NCBI GenBank assembly: GCA_003165275.1
Contig: PLSW01000378.1
Location: 7,526 to 69,441, forward strand
Length of the DNA: 61,916 bases
Reading direction: 5' to 3'
DNA from: Caulobacteraceae bacterium
GTDB taxonomy: Bacteria; Pseudomonadota; Alphaproteobacteria; Caulobacterales; Caulobacteraceae
Shown piece after piece: positions 30,771 through 41,163 of the stretch (within the stretch, counting starts at the first letter, position 1; each line of letters begins with the position of its first letter). The notes under the pieces were generated by a model, which did no database searches, was not told the origin of the DNA, and saw nothing but the letters and a program-made list of their open reading frames with translations. The translations under genes were made by a program, and so were the position numbers.

Positions 30771-31063
30771 GTGCAAAGGGCTCCGGCGGGTCGAGGGCCG
30801 GCAGCATCGGCGGATCGCGCCGCAACGGAACCAAGAAATTGTTCTGTGCTTCGAAGGTATTGGAATTAGCGTCGCGGGACGGAATCCGCACCGCCAGTTG
30901 CGTGCAGGCTTATGATCGATCGAGCGATGCTTAGGTCAATTTATTCGTTCTCGCTTGGATAAGCGCTGGCTAGCCTGAAATCCGTTCGCGCCCCGAAGGG
31001 CTGCGACGTGTCGTTGTCGGCTCCTGGCGAGCGGACCTCTCGTCAAGATTTCAGGAGAACTCC

Positions 31064-32170
31064 ATGTCGACTAAGCAATCCGCGCCCGATTATTCCGAAC
31101 AGGTCGTCGCCGCCGATGACGAAGTGTTTCACACCCTGTGCCCCGGGCCCCAGGCCTCCTACTTCTCTGTGGCGCATGGCTGGACTCAGGACGAGCTGGC
31201 CAAGGTCGGCGCCCGGCTGACCTATCTGCGATCGATCCCCGACGACAAGGAACTGTGGCCGCACGTTGGCCACCGTTCGGAAAGCCTGATCCGCGAAGGC
31301 GGCAACCATCCGCCCATCTGGGCTCGCGCCGACGTGACGGATACGCGACTGGTCGCCACGCTGGCGCCTGCTTCGGCGGGCGGTCAGGTGCTGGTGCGGG
31401 TCGATTCCGGCTTCTACCGGGTTGCCGATCTGGCCGGCAAGAAGATCGGCATCCCCAAAGGCCGTAATACGCGCAAGCTCGATTTTGGCCGCGTACCCCT
31501 GCATCGCGGCGTGATCAACGCCCTGGCCTTGAACGGCCTGTCCGACAAGGATGTCCAGATCGTCGACATCGAACATGACGACTTCGCCGTCGAGAAGCCC
31601 TCCAGCACGCCCGCCGAGCGCGCCGGCCGCTTCACGTCTCAGAAGGCCGAAGGAGCGGCCGACGTCGTCGCTCTGGCCGAAGGCCGCGTGGACGCCATCT
31701 TCACCACCCGTGAAAAGACGCGCGTGTTGGAGCAGACCGGCAAATACAAGGTCATCGAGGACCTCGGCCGCCACCCTGACTGGACGCTCACCGGCGCGAG
31801 CACGCCGGTGATCACCGTCAGCGCCAAGTTGGCTGAGAAACATCCGGACTGGATTGTCGCCTATCTGCGTGCGGCCATCCGCGGCGGCCGTTGGGTCAAT
31901 GCGAACCCGCGCGCGGCGGCGGACCTGTTCTCCGGCAAGTCGGGCGGCGACGTGGATCGCCTGGCCAAGTCCCTGGCTGAGCAAGACTTCGTTCCCAAGC
32001 TCGATCCCTTGGCCCTGGCCGGCCTGGGCGTGCAGAAGGCGTTCCTGCTGAAATATGGCTACATCAAGAACGACTTCGACATCGGGTCCTGGGTCGATCG
32101 CCGCTTCCTCGATGAGGCGCTCGCCACGGTGGACGCCAGCGCCAGCGTCAGCGCGGTCGCTGCCGAATAG
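31064..32170 (+). CDS. DszB-like sulfinate desulfinase, copy 2
   Basis: TLCPGPQ, PHVGH, IREGGNHPP; long identical stretches with 15803..16918. Confidence 0.75.
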   Translation: MSTKQSAPDYSEQVVAADDEVFHTLCPGPQASYFSVAHGWTQDELAKVGARLTYLRSIPDDKELWPHVGHRSESLIREGGNHPPIWARADVTDTRLVATLAPASAGGQVLVRVDSGFYRVADLAGKKIGIPKGRNTRKLDFGRVPLHRGVINALALNGLSDKDVQIVDIEHDDFAVEKPSSTPAERAGRFTSQKAEGAADVVALAEGRVDAIFTTREKTRVLEQTGKYKVIEDLGRHPDWTLTGASTPVITVSAKLAEKHPDWIVAYLRAAIRGGRWVNANPRAAADLFSGKSGGDVDRLAKSLAEQDFVPKLDPLALAGLGVQKAFLLKYGYIKNDFDIGSWVDRRFLDEALATVDASASVSAVAAE

Positions 32171-32241
32171 ACGGTTTCCTCCCCTCGGCCGGGGCGGCAG
32201 GCGCCGCTCCGGCCGTCTTTCGAAAATGAAGGTTTGCGCCG

Positions 32242-33150
32242 ATGAGTGGCAGCATCAGGACAGAGGCCGTCCAGGCCGCGTCCGAAATTCAACTTCAGTC
32301 GCGCGCCTTGTCGCCTTTCATCGGCAGCGAAGTTGTTGGCCTGGATCTCAAGAAGCCGCTGGGAGAGGCGACCATCGCCGCTGTCCGCGCGCTGCTGCTG
32401 AAGCGCGGGGTTCTGTTCTTTGACGACCAGCACCTCAGTCCCGAGCAGCAAGTGGCCTTCACCGCCCAGTTCGGCTTCGTGAACACGTCCGGCGCTCGCA
32501 GGCCGGGCTCTCCCGCGCCGGGCGTGGGCGTGTTCGACAGCCGCGATGAACTCTATGGCCGCGTATCGCGCTGGCACGCCGACGGCACCCACGCCGAAGA
32601 ACCGTCCACCATCAAGAGCCTGCAGGCCATTGTTACCCCGGAGATCGGCGGCGACACCATATGGGCGTCCACGGAGGCGGCCTATGATCGCCTGTCAGAG
32701 CCCCTGAAGCGTCTGGCGGAAGCCCTGACGGCGATCCACGCCACGACGCCGCTGCGAACCACCGAATGGGGAAGTGCGCGCAGTTTCGGCGGCGATTTCA
32801 TTTGGTCGGAACATCCGGTTGTCGCCGTGCACCCGGAAACCGGCCGCAAGTCCCTGTTCGTCAGCCCGCGTTACACGCCGGAACTGGTGGGTCTTCGGCC
32901 GCATGAGAGCGTCGCTGTGCTCAAGGTGTTCTTCGACCACATCATCCAGCCGGAGCATCAAGTGCGCTTCCGTTGGACGCCGGGCGCGATCGCCCTGTGG
33001 GACAACCGCAGCGCCCTGCATTACGCCGTGGACGACTACGGCCAAGGCCTGCGCATCGTTCATAGCGTCAGCGTCCGCGGCGAGGCGCGCGTCGGCGTGA
33101 ACGGCGAACGCTCAAGGCTCGGGTCCATTTCCCGGGCTGCGGCGGAATAG
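32242..33150 (+). CDS. TauD/TfdA-family dioxygenase 4
   Basis: WHADGTH, WDNRSALH; closest by eye to copy 1. Confidence 0.93.
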   Translation: MSGSIRTEAVQAASEIQLQSRALSPFIGSEVVGLDLKKPLGEATIAAVRALLLKRGVLFFDDQHLSPEQQVAFTAQFGFVNTSGARRPGSPAPGVGVFDSRDELYGRVSRWHADGTHAEEPSTIKSLQAIVTPEIGGDTIWASTEAAYDRLSEPLKRLAEALTAIHATTPLRTTEWGSARSFGGDFIWSEHPVVAVHPETGRKSLFVSPRYTPELVGLRPHESVAVLKVFFDHIIQPEHQVRFRWTPGAIALWDNRSALHYAVDDYGQGLRIVHSVSVRGEARVGVNGERSRLGSISRAAAE

Positions 33151-33160
33151 GCGCGCCGCC

Positions 33161-33574
33161 ATGAGCGTTGCTTTTTTCCGGAGCGTCGCCGTGGGCGCTG
33201 CGATCATCGTCCTGATCGCCGGCCCTGCTTCAGCGCATCACTCGTTCGCCATGTTCGATCGTGGGCCGGGCAAGGAATTGAGCCTGTCCGGCACGGTGAA
33301 GGAGTTCGATCTCTCCAACCCGCATGGCTGGATCAGGGTCTATGCTCAGGAGGGGCAGGGCGGGCTCTGGTCGTTCGAGATGGCGAGCGTGGCCCAGCTC
33401 AAGGCCTATGGCTGGTCCAACGACGCCATCAAGCCTGGCGACAAGGTGGTGGTGAGCTACTATCCGCTGCGATTTGGCTCCAACGGCGGGGAGTTCATTT
33501 CGGTCACCCTGGCGGGCGGCAAGGTGCTGAAGGGATTGGCGGAGGGCGATCGCGGCTTTCCGACGAGCCGTTGA
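33161..33574 (+). CDS. DUF6152-like exported protein, copy 2
   Basis: ASA-HHSFAMFD, NPHGW; same C-terminus EGDRGFPTSR as copy 1. Confidence 0.78.
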   Translation: MSVAFFRSVAVGAAIIVLIAGPASAHHSFAMFDRGPGKELSLSGTVKEFDLSNPHGWIRVYAQEGQGGLWSFEMASVAQLKAYGWSNDAIKPGDKVVVSYYPLRFGSNGGEFISVTLAGGKVLKGLAEGDRGFPTSR

Positions 33575-33578
33575 TCGC

Positions 33579-34622
33579 ATGATGCTGCGTTCAGTTTTTG
33601 GCGCCCTGGTCCTGTTCGCGCTGTGCTGGCGCGCCGCCGATGCGCAGGACTGGCGGTCCTACGCCCTGGGCGATGCCGGCATCACCGTCGATTTTCCGGG
33701 CGAGCCGCACAAGACAAACGGCGCCTATCCAACGCCGGTCAGTGTCGACCAGACCGTCAGCGCGCCATCGACGACATATTCCATCCGGCAGGGCGGCAGT
33801 CTCTACACGGCGCTGGTCGCCGATGTTTCCAAAGCGGGCGTGGATGGGCCCCGCCTAATGCAATCCGTGGCCATGGCCCTGCGCACGGAAGGCGAAGTTC
33901 AGCTGGATGAGCCCGTCAGCATCAGCGGCGGCCAGTGCGGGCGCTATCTGGGCATTGTCGGCCCCGACCACAGCCAGGTCTTCTTGGCGATCCTGATGTC
34001 GAGCGACGCCGGTCGCCTGTTTGTCCTGAAGGCCGAGGTGCAGCCGGGGGATGTGGCGAGCGATGGGCCCAACGCCTTGCGCTTCCAGCAATCGGCCAAT
34101 CTGACCAGTATCGAAAAGCCGCGATCCGCGCCGACCCCCGCCGACGCCCGGGCGTGGACGCAATATGATTACGACGATGTGGGCTTCGGCGTGAAATTTC
34201 CCGCCGCGCCCAGCATCGAATCCGGCCGCTATTGGACCGACGACGGACTATCGGTTCCCGCCTTGCGCTATACGGTACGCAGCGGGCGAAGCCTGTATCG
34301 GGTGACGGTGGCCGACCTGTGGCGCACGCCTGCCGACAGGAATGGCGCTATCGACCAGGCGGTGGACGTCCTTCGCCGGTATGGCGAAATTCGGTCTGAT
34401 CGCGCTGTATCGATTCCGTTCGGACAGTGCGGGCGCGATCTGTCCTTGGCCAAACCCGCCGGCGACTATGCCTCGGTGGGGGTCTATTTTCCGACCTCGC
34501 AACACAAGCTCTTCATCGTTGAAGCGACCGGTTCCGAGGCGGACCGGCAAGCCCAGGCGCAGGATGTGGATATGTTCCGGCAGTCCTTCCGCCTGGCCAA
34601 ATATCCCGAAAGCAAGCCATGA
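33579..34622 (+). CDS. Exported two-repeat hypothetical protein, copy 2
   Basis: Paralog of 10857 (GQCGRDL, GVYFPTSQHKLFIVEA, FRQSFRLA.YPE). Confidence 0.8.
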   Translation: MMLRSVFGALVLFALCWRAADAQDWRSYALGDAGITVDFPGEPHKTNGAYPTPVSVDQTVSAPSTTYSIRQGGSLYTALVADVSKAGVDGPRLMQSVAMALRTEGEVQLDEPVSISGGQCGRYLGIVGPDHSQVFLAILMSSDAGRLFVLKAEVQPGDVASDGPNALRFQQSANLTSIEKPRSAPTPADARAWTQYDYDDVGFGVKFPAAPSIESGRYWTDDGLSVPALRYTVRSGRSLYRVTVADLWRTPADRNGAIDQAVDVLRRYGEIRSDRAVSIPFGQCGRDLSLAKPAGDYASVGVYFPTSQHKLFIVEATGSEADRQAQAQDVDMFRQSFRLAKYPESKP

Positions 34623-36205
34623 ACCCGGTCGAATTTTCGCGCCGGACGGCCCTGGCCGGGGCCGCCGCCGCGGCGGCGTCGGGCATGGCGCCGACCGCGT
34701 TCGCCCAGGCCCGCCGCGGAGGCGTGCTGGTGGTCGGCCTCGACCCCGAGCCCTTGGCCCTGGCCAGCGCCGGCTCGATCGACGCCGGCGCATCACAGAT
34801 CTCGCCCAAGCTGTTCGACCGGCTGTTCAATCAGGACCTGGACGGCCGGCCCGTGCCCCAGCTGGCGCTGTCAGCCCAGGTCAGTCACGACGGGCTAGGC
34901 GTCAGGATCAATCTGCGCCCCGGGGTTAAGTGGCATGACGGCCAGCCGCTGACCTCCGCCGACGTGGCCTATTCCATCGCCGAGGTGTGGACGCGCTTGA
35001 ACGCCCGTCTCCAATTGGCCTTCGCCAATCTGGCGGGCGTGGATACGCCCGCGCCCTTGGTGGCGCTGATCCGCTTCAGCCGGCCCGCGCCCTACATCTT
35101 CAGCGCCCTGGCAGACGGCGGCGCCCAGGTCGTCCCCCGCCACATCTACGGCGGCAAGGATGTGCTCTCCAATCCCAATAATCGGGCGCCGATCGGCAGC
35201 GGTCCCTTCATCTTCGAGAGCTGGGAGCGGGGCGGCCATATCGTCCTGAGGCGAAATCCCAACTACTGGGACGCGCCCAGGCCCTATCTGGACAAGGTGA
35301 TCTTCCGTCTGATTTCCGCCGGCGCCCCGACGGTGGCCGCGTTGGAGACAGGCGAGGTGCAGTATGTTGGACAGCAGGGCGTCCCCCTCAGCGAGGTGGA
35401 GCGCATTCGCGCCAACAAGAACCTCTGGGTCTACAATCGCAGTCCTTCGTTCCTGGCGAGCTTCGCCGGCCTTGCCTTCAACGTCGAAAGGCCAGTGTTG
35501 CGCGATGTGCGCGTGCGCCAGGCCTTCGCCCACGCCATCGACAAGGCCTTTCTCTTGAAGAATGTCTGGCTTGGCCACGGGGCGCTGGCCGATTCCCCTA
35601 TATCGCCGGGTTCCCCTTTTCACGCTGCGGGGTTGCCGCAGTACCCGCTCGACTTGAAGCGGTCGGAGGCTCTGCTCGATGCGGCCGGCTTCCCGCGCAA
35701 GGCGGACGGCGTGCGTCTGACTCTGCACAACGACATCATGCCGCCGTCGCAACTCAATGCCTTGGCGGCCGAGTTCATTCGTTCGAGCCTGGCCAAGGTC
35801 GGGGTTCGGTTGGAGCTGCGTCGGGAAGAGTTGGGAACCTACCTGCGCCGCGTTTTCACGACACGGGATTTCGACGTGGAAACCTACGGCACGGCGGCGG
35901 ATTTCGATCCTGCGCTTGGCATCCAGCGTTTCTACTGGTCCAAATCCATCCAGATTGGCGTGCCCTACACCAATCCCACCCATTACGCATCGCCACAGGC
36001 CGACCGGTTGCTGGAGGCCGCGCAGGTCGAGTTGGATCCAGCCCGCCGACGCGAACTCTATTTCGAGATTCAGCGCCTGGTGCAGCAGGACCTGCCGCTG
36101 ATTCCCATCCTGTTCCCCGACGAGCTGGCCTTCGGCAGTCGGCGCCTGAACCATCCTTTCTCGAGCCGGGTCGATAACCTGGCGGATGCAAGCCTAGTGG
36201 CATGA
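34619..36205 (+). CDS. ABC substrate-binding protein family 5 (Tat, non-lipidated) 3
   Basis: SRRTAL...AFA-Q, WHDGQPLTSADV, GSGPF. Confidence 0.92.
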   Translation: MNPVEFSRRTALAGAAAAAASGMAPTAFAQARRGGVLVVGLDPEPLALASAGSIDAGASQISPKLFDRLFNQDLDGRPVPQLALSAQVSHDGLGVRINLRPGVKWHDGQPLTSADVAYSIAEVWTRLNARLQLAFANLAGVDTPAPLVALIRFSRPAPYIFSALADGGAQVVPRHIYGGKDVLSNPNNRAPIGSGPFIFESWERGGHIVLRRNPNYWDAPRPYLDKVIFRLISAGAPTVAALETGEVQYVGQQGVPLSEVERIRANKNLWVYNRSPSFLASFAGLAFNVERPVLRDVRVRQAFAHAIDKAFLLKNVWLGHGALADSPISPGSPFHAAGLPQYPLDLKRSEALLDAAGFPRKADGVRLTLHNDIMPPSQLNALAAEFIRSSLAKVGVRLELRREELGTYLRRVFTTRDFDVETYGTAADFDPALGIQRFYWSKSIQIGVPYTNPTHYASPQADRLLEAAQVELDPARRRELYFEIQRLVQQDLPLIPILFPDELAFGSRRLNHPFSSRVDNLADASLVA

Positions 36206-38196
36206 AAGCAATGTCGTCCCGTCTTCTCCACAGCATGGCCGCGTTCCTAGTCTCCCTGGCCCTGGGGTTCAGCCTTTGTGGGCCCGTGCAAGCCAAGCCT
36301 GCGTTCCGCATCGAAGAGGCCAGCATCACCGATCTGCAACGCGCCATACTGGCCCATCGGCTGACGACAGTGGACATCGTCGAGCTCTATCTGCAGCGGA
36401 TAAAGGCCTACAACGGATCCTGCGTGGACCAGCCTGACGGGCTGCTTGGACCGATCACGCCCAAGGCGCATGCAGGCCAGCTTAACGCCTTTAGCACGCT
36501 CAATCTGCGCCCGGCGACCCGGCGCCGCTTGGGCTTCGACGACCATCACGCCCGCAGCCTGACGGACTTGCGGGACGATGATCCGGCCCTGCCCGACGCC
36601 CTTCAGGTCGCGGCGGCGCAGGACCGCCAGTTCGCGCGTACGGGCAAGCTGGTCGGCCCATTGCAGGGCGTCGTGATGGCGGTGAAGGACCAGTACGACA
36701 CGGTCGATATGCGCACCACCAATGGCGCGGACGCCGCTTTTGCTAACGACCGACCGCCGCGTGACGCCACCCCGGTGGGGCGCCTGCGCCAGGCCGGAGC
36801 AATCATCCTGGCCAAGGCGAACCGCGGAAACTATCAGGGTCGCACGCCTTTCGGCGGAACGGTTTGCAACGCCTACGACACCGAACGGACTCCGAGGGGA
36901 TCGAGCGCCGGGTCGGCCGTGGGCGTTGCGGCCAACCTGGTCACCTGCGCCATCGGCGAGGAGACGGGCACCTCCATTCGCGGGCCGTCCAGCGCCAGCA
37001 ATGTCGTGGGTCTGTCGCCCACCCAGGAACTGATCAGCCGCACCGGCATGAACGGTCCGGGCATATCCGTGCGCGAAGGCCCAATCTGCCGAACCGCAGC
37101 AGACGCCGCGCGCCTGCTCCAGGCGGTGGTCGGCTATGACGCCAAGGATCCGCTGACCGCCTTCAGCATAGGCCGGCTGCCGCTCAAGCCCTACGCTGAC
37201 TACGCCCGACCCGGCAGCCTGAAGGGCCTGCGCATCGGCGTGGTGCGCGAATATATGGACAAGCGCCTGTTCACCAAGCGCGATGAAGCTGCCATCGACG
37301 TGGTCGACCGCGCCGTCGCTGATCTGCGCAAGACCGGCGCGACGATTGTTGATCCGGGGCAGGGCGGCGCCTTGTTCGACCGCTGTTTCAAGCAGTACGG
37401 CCCGCTGGCTTTCGGTGAACTGTTCACCCGGGCCCATCCGGACCTGTTCCCGGTGGACGCCCAGGGCCGGCCCGTGGGCGACCACATCGCCACCCTGTTG
37501 CGGTTCGCGGAGAACCCCGACCTTGTCCCGGAAGGGCTTTCGGTGCGCGACGCTGGTTCGGCGCCCGCCGTGGGCGACAGCGCCTACTGGAAGGAGAAAT
37601 ACCTTCACGATCGGGGCGATGCAGCCATCAAGACGGCGCAGGACCTGGACGCCAAATCGAACCCGATCAGAGACCCCCAGTTCTGGGCGTCCAGCGGCAA
37701 CATCACCGCGAGCACTCCCTACGGTTCAGTCAAGGGACCGACGCCCTACGCCAATCCGCGCGAGCTCAAGCTGGCCGACCACATGCTGCAGCGGTTTGCT
37801 TTCCAGCAGGTTGTGCTGTCTTGCATGGCCGACCAGAAATTGGACGCCCTGGTCTATCCAACCATGAATATCCCGCCTGTGAAGATCCAAGCGCCCGAAG
37901 AGCCGGCCGTGAATGGCCGCAATCAGGCGCACTGGGTGATCTTTGGCCAGGAGGGGTTTCCGGCCATAACCGTGCCGGCTGGCTTCACCCGCGAGGTCTA
38001 TGACCGCGTCCCTGATGCATCTTCGCCGGATGGCACGCGCTTGGTCGGCCCAGTGCCAGCGCACCTACCGATCGGGGTGGACTTCGCCGCCAGACCGTTC
38101 GACGAGCACCTGCTCCTGCGCATCGCCGCTGCTTTCCAGGCCGTCGCGCCACATCGCGAACCGCCGCGGGAATTTGTCGGCCTGCCAACCCCTTAG
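36202..38196 (+). CDS. Exported amidase-signature hydrolase
   Basis: VKDQYDT (Lys), GSSAGS (cis-Ser), ETGTSIRGP (Ser nucleophile); signal peptide. Confidence 0.9.
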   Translation: MKAMSSRLLHSMAAFLVSLALGFSLCGPVQAKPAFRIEEASITDLQRAILAHRLTTVDIVELYLQRIKAYNGSCVDQPDGLLGPITPKAHAGQLNAFSTLNLRPATRRRLGFDDHHARSLTDLRDDDPALPDALQVAAAQDRQFARTGKLVGPLQGVVMAVKDQYDTVDMRTTNGADAAFANDRPPRDATPVGRLRQAGAIILAKANRGNYQGRTPFGGTVCNAYDTERTPRGSSAGSAVGVAANLVTCAIGEETGTSIRGPSSASNVVGLSPTQELISRTGMNGPGISVREGPICRTAADAARLLQAVVGYDAKDPLTAFSIGRLPLKPYADYARPGSLKGLRIGVVREYMDKRLFTKRDEAAIDVVDRAVADLRKTGATIVDPGQGGALFDRCFKQYGPLAFGELFTRAHPDLFPVDAQGRPVGDHIATLLRFAENPDLVPEGLSVRDAGSAPAVGDSAYWKEKYLHDRGDAAIKTAQDLDAKSNPIRDPQFWASSGNITASTPYGSVKGPTPYANPRELKLADHMLQRFAFQQVVLSCMADQKLDALVYPTMNIPPVKIQAPEEPAVNGRNQAHWVIFGQEGFPAITVPAGFTREVYDRVPDASSPDGTRLVGPVPAHLPIGVDFAARPFDEHLLLRIAAAFQAVAPHREPPREFVGLPTP

Positions 38197-38425
38197 CGTT
38201 CAAGCTGAGAGGCGCGGCGATTTCGCTTATGCGAAAAGCTGCAATGCAAATGAGAAATAAATCGTTCAATTCCTTGTCAGGCTTTCTAGAATGCAGTCAT
38301 CAAAGCGCGATGTCGACTTTCGTCGAACTCAACGGAAGTTGAAATCGCAAATGATCGAAAATACGATCGCGCAATAGATAAAATAGGAGGGCTAATAGAC
38401 CTTCTTAAAACTCAAGAGGCGGATA

Positions 38426-41080
38426 GTGATGACCAAGAACAACGGATCTGAACTTAATGGATTGGCCACCGCTCGCCGGTCGATTGGTCCGGCCCACCGC
38501 GCGCTGATGTTGAGCTCGGCCCTGGCCGGCGTCCTGGCGGCACAGGGCGCCTGGGCGGCCGATTCTACGGCGACGGCCGCAGCGGCCGACAGCGCAGCGG
38601 GCGCCATCGAATCGATTGTTGTAACCGGATCACGCTATTCGACGTCCGAGTACACCAGCCCGGCGCCGGTGCAGGTGGTGGGCGGCGCGGTGCTGGCCAA
38701 GACCGGCTATCCGGACCTTCGCACCCAACTCGGCGACGTTGTCCCCGCCTACCTGGCCAGTCAGACCAGCAATGGCTCCAGCTCATCCAAGCCGGTGCGC
38801 ACGGCGACCCTATTCGGCCTGGGTGGCGACGAGGTGCTGGTGCTCGTGAATGGTCACCGCCAGCACAATACGTCCTTGCTCAACAACACCGGCGGCAGCA
38901 CAGCGGGCGCTCCGGTCGATCTGTCATTCATTCCCACGGCCTCGATCGGACATGTGGAAGTGCTGACCGATGGGGCCTCGGCCCAATACGGCTCGGACGC
39001 TATCGCGGGGGTCATCAATGTCATCCTGAAGAAGAACAGTTCCGGGGGAGGCTTGTCGGTTCAAACCGGTCAATACGGTTCAGCCTCTGACGTCGGCGGC
39101 CAGGGTCACAACGGCCTCACCACCGTGGTGTCTGGCGACCAGGGCTTCAACCTGGGTGCAAACGGGGGCTTCCTCAACATCAGCGCTGAATACCGTGACG
39201 TGCTGAGCTCAAATGTCGACGGCGCCGAAGGCGCGCCTACAGTTGCGTCGCAAACCATTTTCGCCACCTCGGTGAAGGGGAAATCCACCAACCCGTTGGA
39301 GTCCACAGCTAGCCGTTATCGGGCCCTCAATGAAGTGGCGCCGTGGGGACAGGCGGTGACCGGATCCTTCAACGCGGAATATCCTCTGGGGGATGCGGCC
39401 ACACTCTATTCGAATGGCCATATCGGTTGGAACTCCTTAAGTTCCGCTGGCACGTATCGCGACGAAAACAACCCCGCCACGATCGTCGCCTCGTCCAGCA
39501 ACCTTGGGCCCTACACATCGCCGGCTGGCGGCTATGTGCCGTTCCTCAGGACCCAACAGAACGACTATCAGGGCGCATTTGGCGCGCGGGGCGACAACCT
39601 ACTCGGATGGAAGTGGGACGCCAGCGTTTCGGGTGGCTACAATCAGGCCAAGATGTATGTGAACGGGATCAATGCGTCCTTCGGCGGCGCATCCCCGTAC
39701 CACAACTTCTTCATTGGCACGTTGTCGGCGGGTGAGATCCTGGCGGATCTCGACCTGACGCGTTCGTTCCAGACGTCCTGGTTCGCCACGCCCCTTAATG
39801 TCGCTGCGGGCGTCGAGTATCGCTACAATGCCTTCGGTGAAGGCGCTGGCGAACCCTTGTCCTATGAGAACGGCGGGTTTGTTTACCCGGCGAACTACCC
39901 GTCAGCCTATCTGCGCGGCACCGGCGCGGGCATAGGCTCGCCCTTCATGACCGGCTTTACCCCGGCGGAATCGGGCAATTGGAGTCGCAACAACCAGGCC
40001 ATCTACATCGATCTGGCCCAGGCGGTCACCGATGCTTTTAAGGTCGATCTGGCTGGTCGATACGAGCACTACTCCGACTCCGGCGACGCTCTTTCGGGCA
40101 AAATCTCCGCGCGCTATGCCTTCAACCGGGCCTTCGCCGTACGGGGCACTGTCAGCAACGGCTTCCGTGCGCCGTCCCTGGCCGAGCAATACACCACCGT
40201 GGCCAATCAGGGCCCGCAGTCGATCAACGGCGTGATCTCCCAGGTCAACGCCTATAACTCGATCGCCGTAAGCAACCCGGCGGCCATCGCCCTTGGCGCC
40301 ACCCCGCTCAAACCTGAAACGTCGGTCAACTATAGCGTCGGCTTCGTTGCGCGGCCCATCGACAAGTTGGAGCTATCGGCCGACGCCTTCGATATTGACA
40401 TCACCAACCGTATCGGACTGACCGGAAGCTTCAGCGGTCTGGCCAGCCCCGCCGTGGCGGCAGCACTCGCCAAAGCAGGGTATGCGTCCACCAACACGCT
40501 CGAATACTTCACTAATATCGGCAATACGCGGACCTACGGGCTGCAAGCCAAGGCTAGCTATGCCACCGATTTCGGGAATTGGGGTTCGGTTGACTGGGGC
40601 CTGTCCTATGTGCTGAACCGTCAGGTGGTCACCAGCGCAAGGAACGCCCCGGCCTCTTTGGGCGGCGGCTCTCTGTTGCAATATTCCGCCCGCGTCATCC
40701 TGGAACACGGCACGCCCGCGCACATACTTAAGGGAACAGCGGAGTGGTCCTATAACAAATTCAGGTTGAATCTGGTCGAAACCTATTACTCACAGACCTA
40801 CTCTGTATCAACGATCAGCAATAACGCCTATATCTACAACTCCGCTTATAACAGTGTCTCGCCGCCGGCCTTTATCGCTGATTTGGCGGCGTCCTACGAC
40901 GTCACCAAGCATGTGACCGTTTCGCTCGGCGCCAATAACATCACGGACCGTCGCGCGCCCAATATTCCGCCGCCGACCTTGTCGTCGAACACCTCCGGTT
41001 TCGTCTATCCGGCGCCAGTGGCCACGCCCTACGGCATCGGCGGCATCTTCTACTATGCACGGGTGGGCCTAACCTGGTGA
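38426..41080 (+). CDS. TonB-dependent receptor
   Basis: TonB box ESIVVTG, VLVNGHR, DGASAQYGSDAIAGVINVI, LKPETS, C-terminal YYARVGLTW. Confidence 0.96.
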   Translation: MMTKNNGSELNGLATARRSIGPAHRALMLSSALAGVLAAQGAWAADSTATAAAADSAAGAIESIVVTGSRYSTSEYTSPAPVQVVGGAVLAKTGYPDLRTQLGDVVPAYLASQTSNGSSSSKPVRTATLFGLGGDEVLVLVNGHRQHNTSLLNNTGGSTAGAPVDLSFIPTASIGHVEVLTDGASAQYGSDAIAGVINVILKKNSSGGGLSVQTGQYGSASDVGGQGHNGLTTVVSGDQGFNLGANGGFLNISAEYRDVLSSNVDGAEGAPTVASQTIFATSVKGKSTNPLESTASRYRALNEVAPWGQAVTGSFNAEYPLGDAATLYSNGHIGWNSLSSAGTYRDENNPATIVASSSNLGPYTSPAGGYVPFLRTQQNDYQGAFGARGDNLLGWKWDASVSGGYNQAKMYVNGINASFGGASPYHNFFIGTLSAGEILADLDLTRSFQTSWFATPLNVAAGVEYRYNAFGEGAGEPLSYENGGFVYPANYPSAYLRGTGAGIGSPFMTGFTPAESGNWSRNNQAIYIDLAQAVTDAFKVDLAGRYEHYSDSGDALSGKISARYAFNRAFAVRGTVSNGFRAPSLAEQYTTVANQGPQSINGVISQVNAYNSIAVSNPAAIALGATPLKPETSVNYSVGFVARPIDKLELSADAFDIDITNRIGLTGSFSGLASPAVAAALAKAGYASTNTLEYFTNIGNTRTYGLQAKASYATDFGNWGSVDWGLSYVLNRQVVTSARNAPASLGGGSLLQYSARVILEHGTPAHILKGTAEWSYNKFRLNLVETYYSQTYSVSTISNNAYIYNSAYNSVSPPAFIADLAASYDVTKHVTVSLGANNITDRRAPNIPPPTLSSNTSGFVYPAPVATPYGIGGIFYYARVGLTW

Positions 41081-41163
41081 AGCTGGCGAGGGGCGGGGCT
41101 GGGCCGGCCAGCGCAACTGCAGGCGTGAAGGCGGAGCTAGCCACAGTTTTCGATGTTGACGCC

